In this document: piece after piece, positions 36,069 to 45,566 of the stretch
Position numbering within the stretch: the first letter of the stretch is position 1
How the letters are laid out: each line of letters starts with the position of its first letter
Origin: an uncultured Victivallales bacterium
GTDB taxonomy: Bacteria; Verrucomicrobiota; Lentisphaeria; Oligosphaerales; JABHEG01
Direction of reading: 5' to 3'
Length of the DNA: 64,000 bases
Assembly (NCBI GenBank): GCA_964607765.1
Contig: CAZSNT010000035.1
Span: 1,103-65,102, forward strand
Notes under the pieces: generated by a model
The model's database searches: none
Told to the model about the DNA's origin: nothing
What the model saw: only the letters and a program-made list of their open reading frames with translations
Made by a program: the position numbers and the translations under genes

Positions 36069-37796
36069 ATGACTAGAATGACACTGGTCCCGGTAGTGCT
36101 CGCCGCGTGCTGCTGCCTGCATGCGGAAACGCCGAACATTGTCTTGATGCTGACGGATGATCAGGGGTATGGCGACTTTGGCGCAACCGGGAACCACCTG
36201 ATCAAGACGCCGCATATCGATACTCTGGCAGCTCAGTCATTTTCGATGACCCGTCTTTACGTCAATCCGGTGTGTTCGCCGACGCGAGCTGCCTTACTGA
36301 CGGGGCGGAACAGCTATCGGACCGGCGTCACGGATACCTGGAGAGGGCGCTCGACGTTGCGGGAGCAGGAGTTCACCATTGCCGAAATGCTCAAGACGAA
36401 AGGGTACTCAACAGGACTCTTCGGCAAGTGGCACCTGGGCGACAATTACCCGCACCGACCGATGGAGCAGGGCTTTGACAAGGCGATCTACCATCAGGGC
36501 GGCGGACTTGGCCAACCGTCGGACCCGCTTGAAAACAGGAACCGATACACCGACCCGATTCTGTTCGACAACGGCAAAGCGTACCAGGCGAAAGGCTACT
36601 GCTGCGACATCTACTATGACGAGGCCATCAAGTGGCTTACGGCGGAACACAAGAAAGGCAGGCCCTTCTTTGCGTACATCGCGACGAACACGCCTCACGC
36701 GCCGTTTCACGACGTCCCAGAGAAATGGTATGAGCACTACAAGCAGATGGACCTGTCCAACAGGGATTTCAAGAATCGCAGCGGACATGCCATACCCGGC
36801 AACCCCGGCGGCGACACGACTGCCCGGATCTACGCGATGGTGTCCAACATCGACGACAACGTGGGCAAACTCACCGCGGCTCTCAAGGCGTTGGGAATCA
36901 AAAACGACACGATCATCGTCTACCTCACCGACAACGGCCCCAACGGGTATCGCTACGTCGGCGGATTTCGAGGGAAGAAGGCGATGATCACCGAGGGCGG
37001 AATTCGCAGTCCGGGCTGGTTTCACTGGCCGGCACGATTCAAGGCCGGCGGCTCGTCAGACTTGCTTACCGCTCATCTTGACCTGATGCCCACGCTGGCA
37101 GACCTGACCGGCGCCGAACTGCCGAAGGACCGAGGCATTGACGGCAGGTCGATTCTCCCGGTGTTGACAGGGCAGGACCCGACGCTGCGCTGGGACGACC
37201 GCATGATGGTTTTCCAGTGGCATCGCGGCGACCGACCACAGCGGCTGCGAAACGCGGCAGTCGTCTCACAGAACTGGAAGATTGAGGCGAGCAGCAAGGA
37301 CAAGATGTCCCTGTTCGACATGCGGGACGACCCGTATGCCATGCGCGACCTGGGGGACGGCAGGCCGGAAGTCAAACAACGCATGCTCGATTTCTACGAT
37401 CAGTGGTTGCGCGGGTTGGACAGCGAATACCCCAATATGTGGGAAACGCGACACGTCCTCCTTGGCGCGACCGACGAAGAAGTCTTCCTGACCAGGATGG
37501 AAATGATCTTCACGAGAGGCAAGTGGCACAAACCCGAGTCGCTTGGCTACTGGAACGTCAATTTCAGCAAAACCGGGAACTATGACGTTGCTTTCCAGTT
37601 GGCCACAGTAGCGAAACACGTCAAAGCAAAGTTGCTGGTCGACGGCAGCGCGACCCAGAGCAAGGAGTTTCACAACCAGCAGAGAATGCACTTCGATGCA
37701 GTCGAGATAGCGAAAGGCAAGGTCAAACTTGCGTTCGACATTACGGCAGATGGCAAGAGAATGGGCGTCTGGCACGCGTTCGTAAAGAGCGAGTGA
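36069..37796 (+). CDS. S1 sulfatase, Cys-type, secreted
   Basis: Signal peptide 'MTRMTLVPVVLAACCCLHA'. Motifs 'NIVLMLTDDQGYGD' and '[12 protein letters not shown]'. It is a paralog of 7781..9253. GC is lower than in its neighbours. Confidence 0.9.
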   Translation: MTRMTLVPVVLAACCCLHAETPNIVLMLTDDQGYGDFGATGNHLIKTPHIDTLAAQSFSMTRLYVNPVCSPTRAALLTGRNSYRTGVTDTWRGRSTLREQEFTIAEMLKTKGYSTGLFGKWHLGDNYPHRPMEQGFDKAIYHQGGGLGQPSDPLENRNRYTDPILFDNGKAYQAKGYCCDIYYDEAIKWLTAEHKKGRPFFAYIATNTPHAPFHDVPEKWYEHYKQMDLSNRDFKNRSGHAIPGNPGGDTTARIYAMVSNIDDNVGKLTAALKALGIKNDTIIVYLTDNGPNGYRYVGGFRGKKAMITEGGIRSPGWFHWPARFKAGGSSDLLTAHLDLMPTLADLTGAELPKDRGIDGRSILPVLTGQDPTLRWDDRMMVFQWHRGDRPQRLRNAAVVSQNWKIEASSKDKMSLFDMRDDPYAMRDLGDGRPEVKQRMLDFYDQWLRGLDSEYPNMWETRHVLLGATDEEVFLTRMEMIFTRGKWHKPESLGYWNVNFSKTGNYDVAFQLATVAKHVKAKLLVDGSATQSKEFHNQQRMHFDAVEIAKGKVKLAFDITADGKRMGVWHAFVKSE

Positions 37797-37855
37797 GCGG
37801 TTGACGTTCAAGACAAGTGAGAACGAGCAGGTCGAACTCAGAATGGAGCAGTAGC

Positions 37856-40800
37856 ATGAGCAGAGCAACCCATGGATTTCTAGGCCTGTGGTTACTGGTC
37901 GCCGCGGGGCAGGCAGCGGAGGGCGTTCCTCATGCCAGTGGTGGGGCCGACATCCTGGCGAAAGCAGGTTTCGCGGGCGGTTTGGTCGTGCACGTCGGCT
38001 GCGGCGACGGCCGGCTGACGGCCGAACTGCGCTCTGACACGGGGTCGCTGACCCACGGGCTCGACGCCGACCCGGCCAATGTCGCCAAGGCGCGGCAGCA
38101 CATTCATTCGACCGGGCAGCATGGGCGGATTGTCGTCAGTCACTTCGATGGCCGGTCGCTGCCCTATTGCGACAACCTGGTGAACCTGGTTGTGGCCGAC
38201 GAACTCGGCGCAGTTCCCATGGCCGAAGTGACGCGCGTGCTGGCTCCTTTGGGCGTCGCTTATGTGGGCGGAAAGAAGACAGTCAAGCCGTGGCCGAAGG
38301 AGATCGACGAGTGGACGCATTTTCTGTATGATGCGAGCGGCAATGCCGTGGGACACGACAGCGTTGTCGGGGCCCCGCATCACGTGCAATGGGAGGCGGG
38401 ACCGAAATGGGCGCGCACGCACGACCACCTCGCCAGCATCAGTGCCCTGGTTTCGGCGAACGGACGGCTCTTCTACATCATAGACGAAGGGTCCATCGCG
38501 TCGGCCGCGTTGCCGCCCAAATGGAAACTGGTCGCGAGAGATGCCTTCAACGGGATCGTGCTGTGGAAAAGGGCCATCGCCCCCTGGGAGGGGCACCTCA
38601 GGGCGTTCCGCAGCGGGCCCTCGGAAATCCCGCGGCGGCTGGTGGCGAAGGGAGATCGGGTTTACGTGACCTTGGGGTATGGGAAGCCCGTGACGGCCCT
38701 TGATGCGGCAACGGGCGAGACCCTGAGGACCTATGACGACACGGACGGGACGCATGAGATCTTGTGTGAAGACGGCGTTCTGTATCTTGCCGCAGGGGAG
38801 ATTCCAGCGCCGCAGTGGAGGAAGGCCCGAAAGCGACGCGGGGCGGTCCCCACGCCGCGCGAGAAGCGGATTCTGGCGATTGAAGCCGACACGGGCCTGC
38901 AACTGTGGAGCAAGTCGGATGAGGATACGCGCGAGTTGTTCCCGCTCTCCCTTGCTGTCGGTGGCGATCGGGTCCTTTTTCACAGCCCGAGCCACTTGAT
39001 CTGCCTGGACAAGCGGTCCGGAAAAGAGTCTTGGCGCACACCTCGGCCGGTCAACATGAGACGGCCCGGGTATTCGACCCCCACCCTGGTCGTGTGTGAC
39101 GACGTTGTCCTGGTCGCCGAGCGCAACATCCCCCCCGAGCAAACGAACACGAGTGAGACGGTGCGATGGGACGTGACGTATCGGGCAGCCATGAAGACAG
39201 GGCTGGGCCGGTTGATCGCCTATTCGGCGGCGACGGGCAAAGAGCTGTGGTCCTGCCCATCTTGCGAGGCGTACACGTCGCCGACGGACCTGTTTGTCGC
39301 CGACGGGCTCGTGTGGGTGTCCAATGTCCCGGATCGAAAAACCGCGGATTTCAGGGAGGGACGCGACCTCCGCACAGGTGAAGTGAAGAGGCGGCTTGAC
39401 ACGACAGAAGCGTTTACCGCCAATCATCATCACCGCTGTTACCGAAACAAAGCGACGGACCGCTACGTGTTTCTTGGCCGAAGCGGGACCTCGACCATCG
39501 ACCTGCAGGGCGGAGAGCACTTGCGCCATTCATGGGTACGTGGCGGTTGCCAGTTCGGGATCCTGCCCTGCAACGGGCTTCTGTACGCGCCGACACACCC
39601 CTGTGCCTGTTACATCCAGAGCAAGCTCAGCGGCTTCTTCGCGCTTGCCCCCAAACGGACTGCGGACAGCGCACGGTGGGAGCAGGACGGAGAGGCGCTG
39701 GAGCAAGGCCCTGCCTATGGCTCTCTCGACGGGCGAGAAGTCAGCGCGTCCCAGGACTGGCCCACGTACAGGGGAGACAATGCTCGCAGCGGCGTGACGA
39801 AAACAGCCGTTCCCACGAATCTGTCAAGATCATGGACCGCAAAACCGGGCGGACGACTCACGGCGCCCGTGGTCGCCGACGGACGGGCCTATGTGGCATC
39901 GGTCGACCGGCATGTGCTGCACGCGTTGAACGCGGACTCGGGAGACGTGCTTTGGACTTTCGCGGCAGGCGGCCGCATCGACTCGCCGCCCAGTGTCGCC
40001 AACGGGATGGTTGTGTTTGGCAGCCGAGACGGGACGGTCCATTGCCTCCGCGCCGACGACGGTCGGCTGATCTGGCGCTTCCGGGCAGGGCCGGCGAGAA
40101 GGCTGGTGGTCTCCTACGGGCAAGTGGAGTCTGCCTGGCCCGTCCACGGGAGCGTGCTGCTCCACGAGGGCACGGTCTATTTTGGCGCCGGGCGGTCGTC
40201 GTATCTGGACGGCGGCATGGCGGTCTACCGGCTCGACCTGGCAACCGGACGACAACTGTCGAAGACGCATCTGTACGACCGGGACCCCGTAACCGGCGCT
40301 CAGTTCAAGGACCGGACGAAGGACGACTACGACATGCCCGGCGGACTGCTGGACATCCTGTCGTGCGACGGCTCCTCCGTCTACATGGGCGAGATGCGTT
40401 TCGATCTGCGCGGCAATACTCAAGAGCCAACCGTCCCCCACCTGTTCAGTTCGGCGGGGTTTCTGGACGACACGTGGTGGCACAGAACGTATTGGCAATA
40501 CGGCATTCACATGCTTTCCGGCCCCTATGAATGGTCCATGGTAGGCAACACGCTACCAGCCGGACGCATCATGTCCGTCGACGACTCAACCATCTTCGGA
40601 TTCGGCCGAGACAAGTACGCGGCCGGTGGGCACGTCGGGCTCGGGAGCAGCGCCCTCCGGGCTTCCTATGATCGAAACAAAGGCGGGCGCTACACGCTGT
40701 TCGCCGTGGCCAAGGAGCCCTATGTCACGGCGGAGCCTTTTCAGAAGGCGAGAAAGACATTTTCCCGCAAACGCCCCAACGAGAAGACCGACTACTTGTG

Positions 40801-41083
40801 GCAACTGCAGATTCCCTTATGGGTGAGAGCCATGGTCCTCGCTGACAAGGCGCTGTTCATTGCGGGGCACCCCGACGAGCGCGACAAGGCCGACCCGTAT
40901 GCCGCCCTGGACGGCGCGAAAGGGGGCATGCTGTGGGCGGTCGCCGCAAAGGACGGAAGCACTATGTCGAAATATGCGCTGGATGCGCCTCCGGTCTTCG
41001 ACGGAGTCGCGGCCGCGGGTGGAAGACTCCATCTGTCCCTGACAGACGGCTCGCTGACGTGCATGGAAGGCGACAGGAAATGA
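37856..41083 (+). CDS. Secreted SAM-methyltransferase-like + PQQ/BamB-like beta-propeller protein (paralog 2 of 3)
   Basis: Signal peptide 'MSRATHGFLGLWLLVAAGQAAEG'. Class-I methyltransferase motif I 'LVVHVGCGDG', followed by 'HGLDAD' and '[20 protein letters not shown]'. Invariant '[11 protein letters not shown]' and 'CQFGILPCNGLLYAPTHPCACY'. Propeller repeats are present. GTG 37817 is an alternative start. Confidence 0.75.
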   Translation: MSRATHGFLGLWLLVAAGQAAEGVPHASGGADILAKAGFAGGLVVHVGCGDGRLTAELRSDTGSLTHGLDADPANVAKARQHIHSTGQHGRIVVSHFDGRSLPYCDNLVNLVVADELGAVPMAEVTRVLAPLGVAYVGGKKTVKPWPKEIDEWTHFLYDASGNAVGHDSVVGAPHHVQWEAGPKWARTHDHLASISALVSANGRLFYIIDEGSIASAALPPKWKLVARDAFNGIVLWKRAIAPWEGHLRAFRSGPSEIPRRLVAKGDRVYVTLGYGKPVTALDAATGETLRTYDDTDGTHEILCEDGVLYLAAGEIPAPQWRKARKRRGAVPTPREKRILAIEADTGLQLWSKSDEDTRELFPLSLAVGGDRVLFHSPSHLICLDKRSGKESWRTPRPVNMRRPGYSTPTLVVCDDVVLVAERNIPPEQTNTSETVRWDVTYRAAMKTGLGRLIAYSAATGKELWSCPSCEAYTSPTDLFVADGLVWVSNVPDRKTADFREGRDLRTGEVKRRLDTTEAFTANHHHRCYRNKATDRYVFLGRSGTSTIDLQGGEHLRHSWVRGGCQFGILPCNGLLYAPTHPCACYIQSKLSGFFALAPKRTADSARWEQDGEALEQGPAYGSLDGREVSASQDWPTYRGDNARSGVTKTAVPTNLSRSWTAKPGGRLTAPVVADGRAYVASVDRHVLHALNADSGDVLWTFAAGGRIDSPPSVANGMVVFGSRDGTVHCLRADDGRLIWRFRAGPARRLVVSYGQVESAWPVHGSVLLHEGTVYFGAGRSSYLDGGMAVYRLDLATGRQLSKTHLYDRDPVTGAQFKDRTKDDYDMPGGLLDILSCDGSSVYMGEMRFDLRGNTQEPTVPHLFSSAGFLDDTWWHRTYWQYGIHMLSGPYEWSMVGNTLPAGRIMSVDDSTIFGFGRDKYAAGGHVGLGSSALRASYDRNKGGRYTLFAVAKEPYVTAEPFQKARKTFSRKRPNEKTDYLWQLQIPLWVRAMVLADKALFIAGHPDERDKADPYAALDGAKGGMLWAVAAKDGSTMSKYALDAPPVFDGVAAAGGRLHLSLTDGSLTCMEGDRK

Positions 41084-41109
41084 AACCCCGAGCACATAGG
41101 AGTCCGGTC

Positions 41110-44100
41110 ATGAGAAGAAGCCTGAGTGTTCTGTGTACGATTTTCCCTTTGGCGTGGGCGACTGTCCTCCGCGCAGATCCGGGTGACGAAGTACTCACAA
41201 AGACTGGGACGACCGGCGGTCTGATCGTACACGTCGGGTGCGGTGACGGCCAGTTGACCGCCAAACTGCGCACCGCGCAGGGGGCGTTGGTGCACGGGCT
41301 CGACACCAACTGGTCGAACATCGCCAAGGCGCGCCAGCACATTCATTCGACCGGGCAGTATGGACGGGTTGCCGTCAGTCATTTCGACGGCCGATCGCTG
41401 CCGTATTGCGACAACTTGGTGAACCTGATTGTGGCCGATGAGCTCGGCGCAGTTCCCATGGCCGAGGTGACGCGCGTGCTGGCTCCGTTGGGTGTCGCCT
41501 ATGTCGGCGGCAAGAAGACGGTCAAGCCGTGGCCGAAGGAGATCGACGAGTGGACGCACTTCCTGCACGGGCCTGACAACAACGCCGTGGCGCGCGACAC
41601 GCGTGCCGGGGCTCCACGGCACATGCAGTGGTTGGCGGACCCGATGTGGAGCCGCAACCATCACAAGCTGGCCAGCATCAGTTCGGTGGTTTCGTCGGGC
41701 GGGCGTCTCTTCTACATTGTCGACGACTCAACCGGGGCAAGTATGAAGGTCCCGGGGCAGTGGTCGGTCACGGCCCGGGACGCGTTCAATGGCGTGCGCC
41801 TCTGGAAACGTTCGCTCCCCGACTGGGCCTGGACGGGACACAAGTTCCGTTCCGGCCCCGTGCAGCTGCCCAGAACCCTCGTTGCCGAAGGAGGGCGCGT
41901 CTATCTGCCGCTCCGCGGCGGCGCCCCTGTTTCGGTGCTGGACGCGGTGACGGGCGACGTGGTGCGGACGTATGACGCGACCAAGGGCGCCGAAGAGATC
42001 GTGCTGTACAACGACGTCCTGTACGTGGTGACCGGCTCGCCGACAGCGGAGCAGGCTCTGATCGGGCCGAAGAGAGGCGCGAAAATCCCCGCGAAGACTG
42101 TCGTAGCCGTTGACGCGGCGAGCGGGGATGTCCTTTGGCGGTGGTCGGATGGGGAGCGGGGCGCCCTCCTGCCCATGACCCTCGCCGTGTCAGGCGGGTC
42201 GGTCTTCCTGGCCACGGGCCAGGGCGTGGCCGCCTTGGCTGCTGACTCCGGGGCAGAACGCTGGTTTGCCGATGCAGCCTACCTGGAGGGAGCCGGCAAC
42301 CCGAAGAGAATCACCCACGACGCCCGCTACGAACGGATGCCCGAATGGATGTCGCCCCAGCCCGGCAGCGTGGGAAGCGCGCGCGGCCTCGGCTGGTCGT
42401 TGGCGACGCTGGTGGTGCGTGACGAGGTCGTCCTGTGGGCCGGCACCCACCGACTGAGAGCCCTGGCGGCAAAGGACGGCAAGAGATTGTGGGAGGCGCT
42501 CTGTCGCCCGGGTTACTGCAAGTCCCCCGTCGACGTGCTGGCGGTGGACGGCACAGTCTGGGTCGGCCCGGACTTCAACAAGGGGCGCGATCTCCGCACG
42601 GGCGAGGTCACACGCGAGAACGCAGTGTTCGAGGATCTCTGGACAGCCGGGCACCATCACCGCTGCTACCGGAACAAGGCCACCTCGCGTTACATCATGA
42701 CCGGTCACCGCGGCGTTGAGTTGATGGCGTTGCAGGGAGAGGACCACGGGCGCAACAACTGGACGCGCGGGATCTGCCAGTATGGCATCATGCCCTGCAA
42801 TGGGCTGCTCTACGTCCCCACGCACATCTGCGCCTGCTACATCGAGGCGCAGCTGAACGGCTTCTGGGCCTTCGCTTCCGAGCTGGCGTCCCCCATTCCT
42901 CCGCCCGCCGCACCCGCCCTCGACAAGGGCCCCGCCTATGCATCTCCAATTCGGCAATCGGCAATCGACATTCGGCAATCGGCGGACTGGCCGACCCATC
43001 GCGGGAACGCAGCGCGGACGGCGTGTACCGACACTGCCGTACCGCCCGGCCTGTCCCAGGCGTGGCGCACCGAGTTGACCGGGCCGCTCAGCGGCGTGAC
43101 GGTCGCCGGCCGTCGCGTGTTCGTCGCCACGGTCGACTCGCATCAGGTTCGCGCCCTCGACGCCCAGTCCGGCGAGACGCAGTGGCGTTTCACAGCGGGG
43201 GGACGTATTGACTCCCCGCCCACGATTCACGGCGGTCGGGCGTACTTCGGGTCGAATGACGGTTGGGTTTACTGCCTGCGCGCGTCGGACGGCGCGTTGG
43301 CATGGCGCTATCGCGTTGCGCCCGCGGCCCGCTATACCGTGGCCCGGGACGGCGTTGAGTCCCTCTGGCCTGTGCACGGGAGCGTCCTGATCCAGAACGA
43401 CACGGTCTATGCCGTGGCGGGACGATCGTCCTACCTGGACGGGGGACTTCGCTTCGTCGGCCTGGACCCCGAGACGGGGGCGGTCCGTCACGAGACAGTG
43501 TTCGCCAGCAAGCACCCGGACTACGCGAGCATGATGGCGGCCAAGGAAACCGCGTCGAAAGAGCACCCGCTCACGCACACCACTGCGCAGTTCGCAACCG
43601 ACTGGAAGACGTTCACCGATCCGGACAAGAGTGATTCGTTCACAATGGAAGGCGCGATCGACGACATCCTCGTGGGCGACAGCTCCCAAGTCTACATGAA
43701 GCACCTGTGTTTCGACGACGCTCTCGTCCGCCAGGAGCGAGTCGGGCGCCACCTGTTCTCAACCACCCGTCTCTTGGACGACGCCGAGCACCATCGTACG
43801 TTCATGATGCTCGGCACAGCGAACATCAAGCGCGCCCACGTCTCCTACTCGTGGATCGCCAACCGGCGGCATGGCGCGAGAGGGTACTTCTTCGACGTGC
43901 CCTACGGATTGCTCCTGGCCTGTGACGAGACCACGGCCTACGGGATCTGGAGCGGCTACCAGGTCTTTGCCGAGACGATTCGCCCGCAGCCGCAGGATGG
44001 TCCCACGCGGAGCGACATTCAGACAACCCCCGAGCGAAAAGGCAAGGCAAAGCCGGAGTTGCACACCATGCGCTGGCAGACGAAGCTGGCCTTCCGCCCG

Positions 44101-44376
44101 CGCGCCATGCTGCGCACGAAGGACGTCCTTTTCATCGGCGGCATGGACGGGACCCGCGGCCCGGAAGACCTCGTCGAGGCCTATGAAGGCAGGAAGGGCG
44201 GCGTGCTCTGCGCCGTATCTGTGGCGGACGGCAAGGTGCTGGCGGAGCACAAGATTCCGTCGCCGCCTGTGTGGGACGGCATGGCCGCCGCGCGCGGGAG
44301 ACTCTACCTGGCGACCGAGGAGGGCGCCGTTTACTGCTTTGCCGCCGCGGACGAGGCCCGTCCCGGCGGCCAGTGA
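41110..44376 (+). CDS. Secreted SAM-methyltransferase-like + PQQ/BamB-like beta-propeller protein (paralog 3 of 3)
   Basis: AGGAG lies 8 nt upstream. Signal peptide 'MRRSLSVLCTIFPLAWATVLRA'. Motifs 'LIVHVGCGDG', '[11 protein letters not shown]' and 'CQYGIMPCNGLLYVPTHICACY'. ATG 41080 (ATGA overlap with the previous stop) is an alternative start. Confidence 0.75.
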   Translation: MRRSLSVLCTIFPLAWATVLRADPGDEVLTKTGTTGGLIVHVGCGDGQLTAKLRTAQGALVHGLDTNWSNIAKARQHIHSTGQYGRVAVSHFDGRSLPYCDNLVNLIVADELGAVPMAEVTRVLAPLGVAYVGGKKTVKPWPKEIDEWTHFLHGPDNNAVARDTRAGAPRHMQWLADPMWSRNHHKLASISSVVSSGGRLFYIVDDSTGASMKVPGQWSVTARDAFNGVRLWKRSLPDWAWTGHKFRSGPVQLPRTLVAEGGRVYLPLRGGAPVSVLDAVTGDVVRTYDATKGAEEIVLYNDVLYVVTGSPTAEQALIGPKRGAKIPAKTVVAVDAASGDVLWRWSDGERGALLPMTLAVSGGSVFLATGQGVAALAADSGAERWFADAAYLEGAGNPKRITHDARYERMPEWMSPQPGSVGSARGLGWSLATLVVRDEVVLWAGTHRLRALAAKDGKRLWEALCRPGYCKSPVDVLAVDGTVWVGPDFNKGRDLRTGEVTRENAVFEDLWTAGHHHRCYRNKATSRYIMTGHRGVELMALQGEDHGRNNWTRGICQYGIMPCNGLLYVPTHICACYIEAQLNGFWAFASELASPIPPPAAPALDKGPAYASPIRQSAIDIRQSADWPTHRGNAARTACTDTAVPPGLSQAWRTELTGPLSGVTVAGRRVFVATVDSHQVRALDAQSGETQWRFTAGGRIDSPPTIHGGRAYFGSNDGWVYCLRASDGALAWRYRVAPAARYTVARDGVESLWPVHGSVLIQNDTVYAVAGRSSYLDGGLRFVGLDPETGAVRHETVFASKHPDYASMMAAKETASKEHPLTHTTAQFATDWKTFTDPDKSDSFTMEGAIDDILVGDSSQVYMKHLCFDDALVRQERVGRHLFSTTRLLDDAEHHRTFMMLGTANIKRAHVSYSWIANRRHGARGYFFDVPYGLLLACDETTAYGIWSGYQVFAETIRPQPQDGPTRSDIQTTPERKGKAKPELHTMRWQTKLAFRPRAMLRTKDVLFIGGMDGTRGPEDLVEAYEGRKGGVLCAVSVADGKVLAEHKIPSPPVWDGMAAARGRLYLATEEGAVYCFAAADEARPGGQ
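42946..42980 (+). repeat. Short heptanucleotide array (GGCAATC-like, 5 units) inside the propeller paralog 3 coding sequence
   Basis: The units are 'ccaattc ggcaatc ggcaatc gacattc ggcaatc', translated 'PIRQSAIDIRQSA'. They sit in a linker that differs among the three paralogs. Confidence 0.8.
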
Positions 44377-44462
44377 ATCGACTCCAGACGCTCGCCGGCC
44401 GTCGCTTCACGTTCGCGACCCGTCCCGGCGAAACAGTGACCCTCCGCCCTACGGAGTAGAAG

Positions 44463-45566
44463 ATGAGCGCTGAGCGGGAGACAACAGACATGGCGCCACG
44501 AGCATTCGCGCCGGACTACCGGAACATCGTCGATGCAGCGCGGAACAGGCGGCCCAAGCGGTTGCCTCTGTACGAGCATATCATCTGCCCCGAGATCATG
44601 GAGACGATCCTCGAGGTCGAATTCCTGGACCTGCACGAAGGCGACGGCGCGGACCTGCGTGCGTACTTCGCACGCTACTGCCAGTTCTTCCGTGAGATGA
44701 CCTATGACACGGTCTCGTACGAAGTCTGCGTTGGCGAAGTCCTGCCTGGCGGCGGGGCCCTGCTCCATCCGTCGCGGGGGAGCGCCATCACCTCGCGTGC
44801 GGAGTTCGACGCCTACCCGTGGGACGACCTGCCGCAGCTCTACTGGAAGCGCGCCGCGCCGCGCTTCGAAGCCCTGGCAGCCGTTTTGCCCGCGGGCATG
44901 AAGGCTGTCGGCGGCGTCGGCAACGGCATCTTCGAGATCGCCCAGGACCTGGTCGGCTACGAGAACCTCTGCTTCCTGATGATCGACGACCCCGAGCTCT
45001 TCGCCGAGTTGATGGTCAGGATCGGCGAGGTGCATGTGACGCTTTGGTCCGAGTTCCTGCCGCGGTTCGGTGACGCGTTTGCGGTCTGCCGCATCGGTGA
45101 CGACCTTGGCTTCAAGACCAGCACTCTCCTCCAGCCGGACGTCTTGCTCGCCCACGTCATCCCCCAGTATAGACGCGTCATCCAACTTGTTCACGACGCG
45201 GGGCTTCCCTATTTGCAGCACTCCTGCGGCAGGATCTTCTCGGTGATGGACGCCTGGATCGAGGCCGGCATCGACGCCAAGCACTCCAACGAAGACGCCG
45301 TCGCCCCGTACGACGAGTGGATCGAGCACTACGGCGACCGCATCGGCCTTTTCGGCGGCATCGACACCGACCGGCTGTGCCGCATGGCGCCCGACGACCT
45401 GTTCGAGTTCGTCCTCGACGCCGGCGCCCGTTTCCGCCGAGACGCCCGAGGCTACGCGCTCGGCTCCGGCAACTCCATCCCCGACTACGTCCCCGTCGAC
45501 GGCTACCTGGCCATGATCCGCGCCGGCGGCGAGATCCGGGCGCGCGAAAGCAAAGGAGCATCATGA
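44463..45566 (+). CDS. URO-D / MtaA-like fold protein, subfamily A
   Basis: 'RLPLYEHI', 'PYLQHSCGRIFSVMDAWIEAGIDAKH' (an H-x-C motif) and 'YALGSGNSIPDYVPVDGYLAM' fit the URO-D family pattern. Confidence 0.7.
   Translation: MSAERETTDMAPRAFAPDYRNIVDAARNRRPKRLPLYEHIICPEIMETILEVEFLDLHEGDGADLRAYFARYCQFFREMTYDTVSYEVCVGEVLPGGGALLHPSRGSAITSRAEFDAYPWDDLPQLYWKRAAPRFEALAAVLPAGMKAVGGVGNGIFEIAQDLVGYENLCFLMIDDPELFAELMVRIGEVHVTLWSEFLPRFGDAFAVCRIGDDLGFKTSTLLQPDVLLAHVIPQYRRVIQLVHDAGLPYLQHSCGRIFSVMDAWIEAGIDAKHSNEDAVAPYDEWIEHYGDRIGLFGGIDTDRLCRMAPDDLFEFVLDAGARFRRDARGYALGSGNSIPDYVPVDGYLAMIRAGGEIRARESKGAS

Noticed and set aside
45317-45562. Upstream extensions of ORFs 45317..46606, 46315..46929, 40933..44376, 52492..54036 and 49101..50558.
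   Set aside because: The extensions overlap the 3' ends of well-supported upstream genes in another frame and are compositionally biased. Internal ATGs with Shine-Dalgarno-like sequences, signal peptides or alignment to paralogs give better starts (45563, 46603, 41110 or 41080, 52567, 49131).
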